Below are positions 41,522 to 51,618 of a stretch of 64,000 nt of DNA, in pieces. The first letter of the stretch is position 1, and the number at the start of each line of letters is the position of its first letter. The position numbers and the translations under genes are program-made. The stretch comes from an uncultured delta proteobacterium. GTDB taxonomy: Bacteria > Desulfobacterota > Syntrophia > Syntrophales > UBA5619. Below the pieces are notes generated by a model. It searched no databases and was not told where the DNA came from. It saw nothing but the letters and a program-made list of their open reading frames with translations. The stretch spans positions 1 to 64,000 of the forward strand of contig CAWFOM010000031.1 of the NCBI GenBank assembly GCA_963817385.1. Reading direction: 5' to 3'.

Positions 41522-43321
41522 ATGCCGGAACAGAACCGAGAGCTAAGGACGCCGGAACGGGCGGGCGCACCGCCGGCCGTGACGGGCGCTACCGCGCCGG
41601 AACATCCGGCGACCCGTCTCTTTGCCCGTCTGGAGGCCCTCGGCGTGCCTGCCGATGTTCTTGCCGAGGTGGGAAGGCTCGCCCGTGAAAACGGCGCCGG
41701 GATGGTCGAGATCCTGATCCAGAAGAAAGTCCTGCCCGAGGCGGAGCTGCTTTCGGTCCTGAGCGCCGAGTACGGGATCCCCTTCTGGGAGGAGCTTCCC
41801 ACGGACCATATGAACGCGGACTTCACCGCTCTTTTCTCCATCCAGTACCTGAAGAAACAGAAGATGGTTCCTCTGGAGACGCCGCAGGGATTCGTCGTGG
41901 CGATCAATGATCCGTCCGGTTTTCAGGCGGTGGACGACCTCTGCCGCCTCCTCGGCCGGTCGGAGCGGCCGGTGGTCCTCGCCACCCAGGAGGCGATCCA
42001 GGCGGCGATCAACCTGGCCTATGATTTGAGCCGGAGCACCGCCAAGGAGTTTTTCCAGGAGATGCACGACGAGTCGACCGACAGCCTCATCTCCGAGATC
42101 GAGGAGACGGGGGACCTGCTCGACGAGACGAGCGACGCCCCGATCATCAAACTGGTCAACCTCCTCCTCTCCGGGGCGACGAAGGACCGGGCGAGTGATA
42201 TCCATATCGAGCCCTATCAGGCCGTCGTAAAGGTCCGCTACCGGATCGACGGCATCCTCTACGACATCCTCAGCCTCCCCCGGAAGATCCACTCGCCGCT
42301 TGTCTCGCGGGTGAAGGTCATGGCGAAGCTCAACATTGCCGAGAAGCGCCTCCCGCAGGACGGCCGGATCGAGATCAAGGTTGCCGACCGGAGCGTCGAC
42401 ATCCGCGTCTCCACCATTCCGACGGCCTTCGGGGAGCGGGTGGTGCTCAGACTTCTCGACAAGACCTCGTCGATCCTGATGCTTTCCGATCTCGGAATGG
42501 AGAGCAGGAAGGTCGGCATCTTCAACCGGTTGATCAAGTCCCCCTACGGGATCATCCTCGTCACCGGGCCCACGGGGAGCGGCAAGACGACCACCCTCTA
42601 TGCGGCGCTCTCGAGCATCAATTCCCCCGAGGTGAACATCATCACCATCGAGGACCCCATCGAATACCAAATCGATGGGATCGGCCAGATCCAGGTCAAC
42701 CCGAAGATCGACCTCACCTTCGCCCAGGGGCTCCGCTCCATTGTCCGCCAGGACCCGGACGTCATCCTCGTCGGGGAGATCCGCGACCGGGAGACGGCGG
42801 AGATCGCGATCCAGTCATCGCTCACGGGTCATCTCGTCTTTTCCACCCTCCATACGAACGACGCGGCGAGCGCGGTGACCCGCCTCATCGACATGGGGAT
42901 CGAACCCTTCCTCGTCACGTCGTCGATCATCGCAATCATCGCCCAGCGCCTCGTCCGGGTCCTCTGCCCGAAGTGCAAGGAGGGCTACACCCCCGATGAT
43001 GAATCGCTTGCCAACCTCGGGGTCGACAAAAAGCAACTGGAAAAACACCCCCTCTACCGGAAGAACGGCTGCGCGTCCTGCATGAACACCGGCTACCGCG
43101 GCCGGACGGCGATCTTCGAGATCCTTATCCTGGACGACCCGCTCAAGAGGCTGATCCTGAAGACATCCGACTCGAACCAGATCAACGACGAGGCGCTGAA
43201 AAGGGGGATGACGAACCTTCTTTCCGACGGCGCCCAGAAGGTCCTCGCCGGTATCACGACGATCGAGGAGGTGTTCCGCGTCACCCGGATCCTCAAGCGG
43301 GAGGCCGATATGGAAGCATAG
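41522..43321 (+). CDS. gspE: T2SS ATPase E
   Basis: ASDIHIEP, RLPQDGRI, GPTGSGKTTTLY, TIEDPIEY, RQDPD, TGHLVFSTLHTN, CxxC..CxxC. Confidence 0.96.
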   Translation: MPEQNRELRTPERAGAPPAVTGATAPEHPATRLFARLEALGVPADVLAEVGRLARENGAGMVEILIQKKVLPEAELLSVLSAEYGIPFWEELPTDHMNADFTALFSIQYLKKQKMVPLETPQGFVVAINDPSGFQAVDDLCRLLGRSERPVVLATQEAIQAAINLAYDLSRSTAKEFFQEMHDESTDSLISEIEETGDLLDETSDAPIIKLVNLLLSGATKDRASDIHIEPYQAVVKVRYRIDGILYDILSLPRKIHSPLVSRVKVMAKLNIAEKRLPQDGRIEIKVADRSVDIRVSTIPTAFGERVVLRLLDKTSSILMLSDLGMESRKVGIFNRLIKSPYGIILVTGPTGSGKTTTLYAALSSINSPEVNIITIEDPIEYQIDGIGQIQVNPKIDLTFAQGLRSIVRQDPDVILVGEIRDRETAEIAIQSSLTGHLVFSTLHTNDAASAVTRLIDMGIEPFLVTSSIIAIIAQRLVRVLCPKCKEGYTPDDESLANLGVDKKQLEKHPLYRKNGCASCMNTGYRGRTAIFEILILDDPLKRLILKTSDSNQINDEALKRGMTNLLSDGAQKVLAGITTIEEVFRVTRILKREADMEA

Positions 43322-43381
43322 CCGGCGGGCATTCACGGGGCGCAAAAGGTTCGCAATCAACGAAAAGAGGGCAGGGTACGT

Positions 43382-43822
43382 ATGACAATCGACCGGTTGA
43401 GCGGGGCTTTCCTGGTCTTGGTGGGCCTTTTCGTCGTTTGGGAACGGCGGGTGCTCCCCTTGGGGACCACCCGCCATCCGGGTCCGGGATATTTCCCCTT
43501 GCTGCTCGCGATTCTCTTGATCTTGTTTGGCGTGATCCTGATTGTCCGCGGCAAAGATGCGCCGGCACTCCGTTCCGTCTCTTGGCCCGAGGCTCCCCAT
43601 ACGGTTGCGATTTTAGGGTGTTGCATTTTTATAACGCTCTTTATGGAAACGATCGGCTATCGTCTGACCATGGTTCTCGCGTTAGGGTTTTTATTCGGCG
43701 TCATGGAACGCATCAAACCATGGCTGGCGGTGACGTTGACTGCCGGTTTCTCGCTCGGTTCATTCTGGCTTTTTGACTCCCTGCTCCGGGTGCCTCTCCC
43801 GAGAGGAGGATGGGGTTTCTGA
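43382..43822 (+). CDS. tctB: Tripartite tricarboxylate transporter small subunit
   Basis: 4-TM, PGPGYFP, LLRVPLPRG. Confidence 0.85.
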   Translation: MTIDRLSGAFLVLVGLFVVWERRVLPLGTTRHPGPGYFPLLLAILLILFGVILIVRGKDAPALRSVSWPEAPHTVAILGCCIFITLFMETIGYRLTMVLALGFLFGVMERIKPWLAVTLTAGFSLGSFWLFDSLLRVPLPRGGWGF

Positions 43823-45339
43823 TGGAGACAACCCTGCAAAATCTGCTCCTCGGGTTCTCGACTGCCTTCACACCGACCAACATCCTCTACTCCCTGCTTG
43901 GCTGTCTGATCGGAACGATGGTGGGGGTCCTTCCCGGCGTGGGGCCTCTCGCCGGGATCAGCATGCTTCTGCCGACCACCTTCGGACTCGACACCACGTC
44001 GGCCATCATCCTCCTGGCGGGAATTTATTATGGCGCCATGTACGGCGGGTCGACCACCTCGATCCTGATGCGCATTCCCGGCGAAGCGGCTTCGGTGATG
44101 ACCTGCATCGACGGGTACGCCATGGCACGGAAGGGTCGCGCCGGTCCGGCCCTGGCGATCGCCGCCATCGGTTCCTACGTTGCGGGAACGGTGAGCGTCG
44201 TCGGACTCATGTTCCTGGCCCCCCCGCTGGCCAGGTTCGCCCTCGGCTTCGGGCCTCCGGAATACTTCTGCCTTCTTGTTTGCGGGCTCGTCGTCCTCAG
44301 TTACATGACGGGCGGGTCCATCATAAGCAATCTGGCCATGATCTCCCTCGGCCTGATGATCGGGATGATCGGGATCGACCAGATGTCCGGCTATTTCCGG
44401 TTTTCCTATGGACTCGTCGCCCTGGGAGACGGGGTCGGCGTGGTGCCGGTTGCGGTGGGCCTTTTCGGGATCTCGGAGATCCTGGCCACCGCGGGCAGTC
44501 CGGAGATTCGGGAGGTCTTAAAACCCCGCCTCCGGGACTTGATCCCCTCGAAACAGGAGTTCAAGGATTCCGTGGGGCCGATCGGCCGGGGAACGATTCT
44601 GGGATTTATGATCGGGATCATTCCGGGATCGGCGCATATCATCTCGACGTTCGTCTCGTACGCCCTGGAACGGAGGATCTCCAAGCATCCGGAGCGGTTC
44701 GGCCAGGGGGCGATCGAGGGGGTGGCCGGTCCGGAGGCGGCCAATAACGCGGCAAGCGAAGGGGCCCTGGTTCCCCTGCTGGCCCTGGGCGTCCCCACGG
44801 GTCCCGTCCCCGCGGTTCTCCTGGCCGCCCTCATGGTGCACGGGATCACCCCGGGCCCGCTTTTCATCAAGGAACAACCGGCGGTCTTCTGGGGGCTCAT
44901 CGCGAGCATGTATGTCGGCAATTTGGTGCTGCTCCTCCTCAACCTGCCTCTGGTGAGCATCTTCGTCAATCTCCTGCGGGTTCCCTACCGGATCCTCTAT
45001 CCGACGATTCTCCTGTTCTGCGTGGTGGGCGTCTATGCGGTAAATTCCAGCATGGTGGATGTGGGAATCATGAGTATCATGGGGATCCTGGGATACCTTC
45101 TCAGAAAGATGGATTTTGAAACGGCGCCGATGGTCCTGGGGGTGGTATTGGCGCCCATTATCGAGTTCAGCTTCCGGCAGGCCTTGGCCATGTCCAACGG
45201 ATCGTACATGATTTTCATCGAGCGGCCGATTGCCGCCGTTTTTCTGGTGATAGCGCTGATCATGATGCTTCTGGCTCTGAAGCCGTTCTTCATCAAGAAG
45301 GGGGATTGGCGCGAACGGTTGACGGAAGCGGAGAAATAA
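43822..45339 (+). CDS. tctA: Tripartite tricarboxylate transporter large subunit
   Basis: GVLPGVG, YYGAMYGGSTTSIL..PGE, DGYAMA, GPEAANNA. Confidence 0.95.
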   Translation: METTLQNLLLGFSTAFTPTNILYSLLGCLIGTMVGVLPGVGPLAGISMLLPTTFGLDTTSAIILLAGIYYGAMYGGSTTSILMRIPGEAASVMTCIDGYAMARKGRAGPALAIAAIGSYVAGTVSVVGLMFLAPPLARFALGFGPPEYFCLLVCGLVVLSYMTGGSIISNLAMISLGLMIGMIGIDQMSGYFRFSYGLVALGDGVGVVPVAVGLFGISEILATAGSPEIREVLKPRLRDLIPSKQEFKDSVGPIGRGTILGFMIGIIPGSAHIISTFVSYALERRISKHPERFGQGAIEGVAGPEAANNAASEGALVPLLALGVPTGPVPAVLLAALMVHGITPGPLFIKEQPAVFWGLIASMYVGNLVLLLLNLPLVSIFVNLLRVPYRILYPTILLFCVVGVYAVNSSMVDVGIMSIMGILGYLLRKMDFETAPMVLGVVLAPIIEFSFRQALAMSNGSYMIFIERPIAAVFLVIALIMMLLALKPFFIKKGDWRERLTEAEK

Positions 45340-45361
45340 AAACCACACGAAGGAGGAGGAG

Positions 45362-46357
45362 ATGATGAAATCGATGAGAGTACTTTTGGCAGTGGTAGTG
45401 ATAGTGTGTATGGGAGCCATCGGTCCGGTTGCGGGTACGTCCCTGGCGGCCGAGGCCTATCCGGTCCGGCCCATTCAGATCATCGTTCCGTTCCCACCGG
45501 GCGGCGTTGCCGACCTGGTGGCCCGTCCGCTCGCGGCGGCTCTGGAGAAGCAGCTCAAACAGCCGATAGTCATCGTCAACAAGACCGGCGCCGGCGGGGC
45601 CGTGGGGATGCAGGCCCAGGCCGTGGCCAAGCCGGATGGATACACGCTGATGGTGGCCCTTTCGAGCATTTCGGTCATGCCGGAGGTCGATGCCCTCTTC
45701 GGCCGGCCGCCGGTTTACAAATTAAGCGATTTCGCGCCGATCGCCCTGCTCTCCTCCGATCCCACCGTCCTGGTGGTCAGCAGCAAATCCCCCTGGAAGA
45801 CGGTGGCGGATTTTGTGGCGGACGCCAAGAAGCGGCCGGGCGAGATCAAGTACGCCTCTTCCGGGGTTTACGGGACCATGCACGTGGCGATGGAGATGTT
45901 TGCCCATGCTGCGGGGATCAAGCTGCGCCACATCCCGACCGGCGGCGGCGGACCGGCCCTGACGGCTCTCTTGGGCGGCCATGTAGACGCCATCTCCGGC
46001 GGGCCGAACGTCTCCATCCCGCACATCAAGGCAGGAACCGTCAAGGTCCTGGCGGGCTGGGGAGACAAACGCCTTCCCGCGCTGGCGGACGTCCCGACCT
46101 TGAAGGAGCTGGGATACAAGGATGTGGAATTCTATATCTGGTCGGGGTTCTTTGCCCCGGCGGCTACACCCGAGCCGGTGATCAAGGTGCTCCGCGAGGC
46201 GACGGCCAAGGCGGTCCAGGCACCCGATTTCAAGGCGGCGATGGACAAAATGGAGACGCCGATTGCCTACCTGGATGCCCCGGAATTCAAGAAATTCTGG
46301 GACAAGGACGCCGAGCGACTGATCAGGTCGGTCCGCAATATCGGCAAGGTCGAGTAG
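45362..46357 (+). CDS. tctC: TctC/Bug periplasmic substrate-binding protein
   Basis: YPVRPIQIIVPFPPGG..D, NKTGAGG, PDGYT, LLGGHVD. Confidence 0.92.
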   Translation: MMKSMRVLLAVVVIVCMGAIGPVAGTSLAAEAYPVRPIQIIVPFPPGGVADLVARPLAAALEKQLKQPIVIVNKTGAGGAVGMQAQAVAKPDGYTLMVALSSISVMPEVDALFGRPPVYKLSDFAPIALLSSDPTVLVVSSKSPWKTVADFVADAKKRPGEIKYASSGVYGTMHVAMEMFAHAAGIKLRHIPTGGGGPALTALLGGHVDAISGGPNVSIPHIKAGTVKVLAGWGDKRLPALADVPTLKELGYKDVEFYIWSGFFAPAATPEPVIKVLREATAKAVQAPDFKAAMDKMETPIAYLDAPEFKKFWDKDAERLIRSVRNIGKVE

Positions 46358-46367
46358 AGGAGGCGGC

Positions 46368-47264
46368 ATGCAGCGAATCGGATTCGTCGGTATCGGCCTG
46401 ATGGGCCGTCAGATGGCCAAGTGCCTCCTGACGGCCGGATTTCCGCTCATGATCTGGAACCGCACAAAGGACAGGGCCAAGGAAGTTCTGGACGCAGGCG
46501 CGGCATGGGCGGATTCTCCGGCGGCTTGCGCCCGCGCGGTGGATGTGGTGATCACCATGGTCACCGACTCGGCCGCCTCCGAAGAGGTGATCTGCGGGCG
46601 GGGCGGCGTTCTGGAAGGGGCCCACCCCGCCATGATCCTCATCGACATGGGGAGCATCACCCCCGAGATGTCCCGGTCGATCGCCGTGCGGGCGAAGGCC
46701 AAGGGGGTGCCGATGCTCGATGCCCCGGTGACGGGGAACCCGAAGGTGGCCTCCGAAGGAAAGTTGGGGATCATGGCGGGGGGAGCGAAGGAAACCTATG
46801 ACGCCTGTCTCGGCATTTTTCAGGCGATGGGGGTGAAAATCATCCACGTCGGCGAGGAGAACGGCCAGGGAACGACGCTCAAGCTCATCAACAACCTGGT
46901 CATGGGGGTGGCGATCGAGGCAGTGGCGGAGGCCCTGGTCCTCGCCGACAAGGCCGGGATCGACCCGGTCAAGGTAATCGAGATTACCTCCGTGGGCGGC
47001 GCCCGGACCGGGGCGATGGAGACCCGCGGGATGCGGATGATCGCACACGATTTTTCCCCCCATTTCTCCGCCGACAACATGTACAAGGATCTCACCGCGG
47101 CGCTGAACCTGGCCGAGAAGGTGGGGGCTTGTCTCCCGGCGGCCAGCATCGCGCGGGAGATGCTCCGGGCGGTGAAAATTCAGGGCAACGGGGGGATGGA
47201 TTCCGCCAGCGTCATTACCGTCGTCGAGACGCTGGCCAATACGGTTGTAAAGAGACGGGGATGA
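46368..47264 (+). CDS. NAD(P)-dependent beta-hydroxyacid dehydrogenase (3-hydroxyisobutyrate DH / tartronate semialdehyde reductase family)
   Basis: GFVGIGLMG, DAPVTG, KLINN, MYKDL. Confidence 0.9.
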   Translation: MQRIGFVGIGLMGRQMAKCLLTAGFPLMIWNRTKDRAKEVLDAGAAWADSPAACARAVDVVITMVTDSAASEEVICGRGGVLEGAHPAMILIDMGSITPEMSRSIAVRAKAKGVPMLDAPVTGNPKVASEGKLGIMAGGAKETYDACLGIFQAMGVKIIHVGEENGQGTTLKLINNLVMGVAIEAVAEALVLADKAGIDPVKVIEITSVGGARTGAMETRGMRMIAHDFSPHFSADNMYKDLTAALNLAEKVGACLPAASIAREMLRAVKIQGNGGMDSASVITVVETLANTVVKRRG

Positions 47265-47323
47265 ATTCCACAGACAAATGCCAGGAGGTATGGATGGCAT
47301 GCCAAAACTCAATCGTTCCCGCA

Positions 47324-48877
47324 TCATTGCAGATTCAATTCCTCTATAACCTTCGATCCCTCAGCCCTGTTGCCAAACGGTCCCGCCATTACCCTGTACC
47401 ACGTTTCTCCCAGGGATACTTTCCACGGAACAATCTCAATCTCTTTTCCGATTAATGTAACACCCAACTTGTAATGTTCGGCACTTTTAAGATTCGCAAA
47501 AGTCTTGAGGTGAACTTTATAGAGACTCTCCGAGTATTGGACAATCAGCAACGAATCGGTAATTTCCGGAATCTTGATTTTCTGATTGACCCGAATCAGA
47601 TGAGGGTTGGTGATTTCCGGATTGAGTTTCAAAATATGGTCAATGAAGGTTTCGTTAGTCTCTTTATCGTATTTATAGGCCAACGAATACAGGTTGGCCC
47701 CTTTTTTCACCTCGACAATCTCTTTTACGCGAATTTCCGTATCGGAGCGCTCCATGGACGTTGACGGTGATGCTGGAATTTGTGGCGTTTCAAGCGGGGC
47801 TTCGACAACCTGCGGGTCTGGGCTGCCGGGAACATTTTCACCAACACCGTGCGGTTTAACTTCACGGGAGGAGGCTTTACCGGTGTCGCTAATGACCGGC
47901 GGTGTGATTGGATCATTCGCTTTTTGCGTATTAAAGATGGGTTGGACATAGTTCCAACCGAAGAACAGGACCATCGCAAAGACAACGACCGTCAGAATGA
48001 CAGAGGAAATTTTTTTAGGCAGATATCGTTTAACCCCGGACACGAGAATTTCCGTCCTTTCATCGTTCAAGATGTTTTTTTCACTCCGGACTTTCTTCAC
48101 CGTGGACGGAGAGATTTTTTTCTCGGCAAGGCCGCATCCCACAGACAAGGCATTGCTGCACAGGGTATTGAGTGCCAGCGGAATCCCTTTGGCATACCGG
48201 CAGATCAGGGACAGAGCCTCATTCGTAAAGACTTCTGAACAGCCGCTTCCCGCAATTTTCAATCGGTGATCGATGTATTGCACGGATTCTTCTTCCGTCA
48301 AAGGTTGCATTTCGCAACTGATTACAATCCGCTGCTTGATTTGCCGAATAACATCGGAACGAAGTTTTTCCCTGAGTTCCGATTGACCCACAAGCACAAT
48401 CTGAAGCAACTTTGAGGTGCTGGTCTCCAGATTTGCGAGCAGGCGTACCTCTTCAATCACATCCAGACCTATGTTCTCAGCCTCGTCAATAATTATGGCA
48501 ACGTTCTCATCCCGCTCCCGGCATCGAATCAGGTAATAATACAGCTCATGCATCATGGAACCCTTGTTTCCCAATCCCAGCGGCAGTTTCAACGTGAGGA
48601 GCATCTCCTTCAACATTTGTTCGAAAGGGATTTGACTTTGCGGAAAAAGAACAGTTTTTACCTTTGCATCCAATGTGTTGATCAGGTGATGAATCAGCGT
48701 GGTCTTACCGATGCCGGCTTCTCCCAGAATAAGTACAATGCCTTTCCTGTGGTTGATCCCATACAGCAAAGATGCCAGGGCTTCGTTGTGACTTTCCGAT
48801 GGGAAAAAGAATTTGGGGTCAGGCGAAGTATCAAAAGGATTTTCTGAAAAACCATAGAATTTCGTGTAGTCAGTCAT
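47324..48877 (-). CDS. ExeA-like AAA ATPase with TM, LysM-like and SPOR-like domains
   Basis: FYGFSENPF, GEAGIGKTT, IIDEAEN, LVGQSEL. VEVKKGANLYSLA..LNPEITNPHLIRVNQKIKIP (LysM), WYRVMAGPF (SPOR). Confidence 0.82.
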   Translation of the reverse strand: MTDYTKFYGFSENPFDTSPDPKFFFPSESHNEALASLLYGINHRKGIVLILGEAGIGKTTLIHHLINTLDAKVKTVLFPQSQIPFEQMLKEMLLTLKLPLGLGNKGSMMHELYYYLIRCRERDENVAIIIDEAENIGLDVIEEVRLLANLETSTSKLLQIVLVGQSELREKLRSDVIRQIKQRIVISCEMQPLTEEESVQYIDHRLKIAGSGCSEVFTNEALSLICRYAKGIPLALNTLCSNALSVGCGLAEKKISPSTVKKVRSEKNILNDERTEILVSGVKRYLPKKISSVILTVVVFAMVLFFGWNYVQPIFNTQKANDPITPPVISDTGKASSREVKPHGVGENVPGSPDPQVVEAPLETPQIPASPSTSMERSDTEIRVKEIVEVKKGANLYSLAYKYDKETNETFIDHILKLNPEITNPHLIRVNQKIKIPEITDSLLIVQYSESLYKVHLKTFANLKSAEHYKLGVTLIGKEIEIVPWKVSLGETWYRVMAGPFGNRAEGSKVIEELNLQ

Positions 48878-49982
48878 AGCAACCGCCCTCATTTACCGCA
48901 TGTGCGGTGGGATTTTGTGCAACGATTTGAAAAATGACTACTCCAATAATCGTGCCTGCGGAATTCATCACCACGTCTGTCAGCGAGGAATCCCTTGTGG
49001 GAAGATACGCCTGAATCAGCTCTATGGCCAAGCTGATCCCCATGCCGAGGATGGCGGGGATGATATAGGACATCGGTCGCCTCTGAGGGGCGGTCTTCCG
49101 GAACAGTGCGGAAAAGGTGAACCCAAAGGGTATAAACCCGAGAACATTGATCGTGATATCCTGGACAGAAGATACATTCCACGGGAACTCCGGCCAGGGC
49201 GGGGAGAGGATTTTTCTGTGGAGGGGCGTGAATCTTTCCGGGATGGTCAGGGTGTCGTTTGCATTCGTTTCATTGTGCACCATTGACCCCGTTCTTTCGG
49301 TGAACGGATAAAGGCCCGTGAGGCCGTCGCTTCGTTTGATCATGGTGTAATCATTTTCCCGCCATGATCGGTAGTCCCGGGAAACCTGATCTGCCGACAG
49401 CGCCCTGCTGTAGATGGCAAGCCCCATGAGATTTCCGTTCCAGTAACTTTCCCCCGTAGAAGAATTGCCGAGGATCAGGCGGACATTTGTTGATGCATTT
49501 CCGGCCGGAAAACGGTGGCGGGGGTAGGCGCCTGCAGGCTTACCGTTTACATAGATAGTCGATCCTTCCGGACCCGATGTGATCACGATAAAGGAATCCT
49601 GATCCTTCAGGAAGACATTGCGGAGGCCTATTTCCTGGTAGGGTTTGTCGCGCTTGCGGGCGGCCGGGTCATCCGTTCTGCTCCGGATGATCAGGTGCGA
49701 TTTCCACTGGCCGACAAAAAAAATATCGGGTGTTTTGCCATCGTAATAGGTCAGGATATGGGGAAGATTGCCTGTTTCCATCAGCGGGCGGAGCCAGAGT
49801 TCCAGGGTGATGGATGTGTCCGGAAAAAGTGATCGATGGTCTTTCAGCCGGGGGTTGGAGGTTATGATCCCCTGTCCGTAAAAATGGACGCCATTCCGAT
49901 CCGGGAGCCATGCCACTGCGTTCCTGGAAAAAAAGTTAAAAGGCCAGAGTCCCGCAACCAGGATGATGATCAGGATAGCCAT
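48870..49982 (-). CDS. VanZ-family membrane protein with inserted LamG/ConA-like domain
   Basis: GLWPFNF, TLELWLRP..IYVNG..LILGN..WNG..LAIYSRAL, NVLGFIPFG, SLAIELIQAYLPTRDSSLTDV.MN. Confidence 0.82.
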   Translation of the reverse strand: MAILIIILVAGLWPFNFFSRNAVAWLPDRNGVHFYGQGIITSNPRLKDHRSLFPDTSITLELWLRPLMETGNLPHILTYYDGKTPDIFFVGQWKSHLIIRSRTDDPAARKRDKPYQEIGLRNVFLKDQDSFIVITSGPEGSTIYVNGKPAGAYPRHRFPAGNASTNVRLILGNSSTGESYWNGNLMGLAIYSRALSADQVSRDYRSWRENDYTMIKRSDGLTGLYPFTERTGSMVHNETNANDTLTIPERFTPLHRKILSPPWPEFPWNVSSVQDITINVLGFIPFGFTFSALFRKTAPQRRPMSYIIPAILGMGISLAIELIQAYLPTRDSSLTDVVMNSAGTIIGVVIFQIVAQNPTAHAVNEGGCYD

Positions 49983-50337
49983 ACAGACGGCCTCCAATAA
50001 CCGAGGGCTCTGAGGATGTAATTGGCTGATATATTGCGAGCCCAGGTTTCTTTTTCCTCCTGTTAGTAATATTCTATTTAAATCAGAACCCTCCCGCTAT
50101 CAAGACTTTTTCTATCGGCAAACAAAATCTTTTCTAAAATGTACCTCAAATTCCCTTTGATATTTGACAAGAACCCGCTTTGGGGTTGGCCGAGTATATG
50201 AAAAAAGTTACACCAGTGCCGGTAGGGGGATACCTCGGGCTGTAATGAAACCAGATGCTTGTACTAAAATAAAAGGCTTTGATATTTTTCCGATTCGCTT
50301 CTCACCGGGACACCGTTCCCTCCGGGAGAAATTGTTC

Positions 50338-50392
50338 TTGACATCCTCCGGGGGATGTTAGTATGCCGTCGACGGTACACCGAAGACGGTAC
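50338..50392 (+). promoter_or_regulatory. Putative sigma70 promoter with operator-like repeats
   Basis: TTGACA-15 nt-TAGTAT (short spacer, TG extension), then the CCGTCGACGG palindrome and GACGGTAC at 50371 and 50385. Confidence 0.4.
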
Positions 50393-50430
50393 TCCAAAAC
50401 GATGCCCGGATGATTGGAGAAGGAGAAGCC

Positions 50431-50514
50431 ATGGAACAAACCTTTCTCAAAAAGATGGCCGAACAACCTCCGCTGACCGCCGATCTTCTGGTCCGCAAGA
50501 TCTACCCCCTTTAA
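50431..50514 (+). pseudogene. 27-aa ORF, possible truncated GntR-type regulator or leader peptide
   Basis: GGAGAAGGAG RBS, MEQTFLKKMAEQPPLTADLLVRKIYPL*. Confidence 0.3.
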
Positions 50515-50555
50515 AGATCATCGCAAAGCTCAAATAATTTCAAGAGGAGAGTGTC

Positions 50556-51518
50556 ATGAAAATCGTCATGTATCAATACGCGGAACGGGGGTATCGCCTT
50601 GGGGCGATGGCCGGAGACGAGCGGATCATCGATCTGAATTATGCCTATGAGAATCTGCTTGCCGCCGCGAAGGAACCCCGTTACCAGGCCCTGGCGGCGG
50701 CCATCGTTCCCAACGACAGCGTCGCGTTCCTGGCGGGCGGCAAGCGTTCCCGGGAGGGCGCCGCCGCGGCCCTCCACGCCGCCAAGGGCCGCCGCTGTCC
50801 GGACCTCGGGGCTTCCGGCAGGCGGTTCGTCTTTGAGAGGAAGGAAGTCAAGCTGGGCGCGCCGGTGCAAAACCCGCTGCGCATCATCTGCCTGAGCCAC
50901 AACTATCACGATTTCCTCAGGGAGACCGGCTTGCCGCTTCCGCCCGCGCCGCGGATCTTCTCCAAGTACAACAACGCCCTCTGCGGTCCCGATGATCCCA
51001 TCATCTATCCGAAGATGTCGAAGATGCTCGGCTACGAGGCGGAACTGGCGTTTGTCATCGGAAAGAGGGGCCGGCATGTCCCCAAAGAGAGGGCCCTGGA
51101 GTACATCGGCGGCTACATGATCCTCAACGACGTGAGTGCGAGCGATCTTACCGAACTGGACAAGCAGGTTCTCCGGGGGAAGACCTTCGACAATTTCGCC
51201 CCCTGCGGCCCCTTCCTCCTGTCGGCCGACGAACTGCCCGATCCCGGCAATCTGGAGGTGAAACTCTGGGTGAACGACCGTGAGCTGCAGAGATCCAATA
51301 CCCGGGAACTGGTCTACGACTGCCCGACGCTGGTGGCCTTCCTGTCGGAGGTGTTCACGCTGGAGCCGGGGGACATCGTGGCGACGGGCACCCCCGGGGG
51401 ACTCGCAAAATTCCGCACGCCGACGACCTTCATGCAAGTCGGCGACGTCTGCACCATCGAGATCGAGAAGCTCGGGAGGCTCTCGAACCGGATCGTGGCC
51501 GAGGAGGAAACATTGTAA
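50556..51518 (+). CDS. Fumarylacetoacetate hydrolase family protein
   Basis: ICLSHNY, FSK, YEAELAFVIG, ILNDVSA, GKTFDNFAPCGP, PGDIVATGTPGG. Confidence 0.92.
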   Translation: MKIVMYQYAERGYRLGAMAGDERIIDLNYAYENLLAAAKEPRYQALAAAIVPNDSVAFLAGGKRSREGAAAALHAAKGRRCPDLGASGRRFVFERKEVKLGAPVQNPLRIICLSHNYHDFLRETGLPLPPAPRIFSKYNNALCGPDDPIIYPKMSKMLGYEAELAFVIGKRGRHVPKERALEYIGGYMILNDVSASDLTELDKQVLRGKTFDNFAPCGPFLLSADELPDPGNLEVKLWVNDRELQRSNTRELVYDCPTLVAFLSEVFTLEPGDIVATGTPGGLAKFRTPTTFMQVGDVCTIEIEKLGRLSNRIVAEEETL

Positions 51519-51618
51519 CATCGTTACCCCTGCGGTGCGGAGCCTTCTCCTTCCTCCCGCACGGAGGCCGGAGGGGGCGGCAGGGACCTCAAAAATAATT
51601 CTCATGAAGGAGCGGAAC

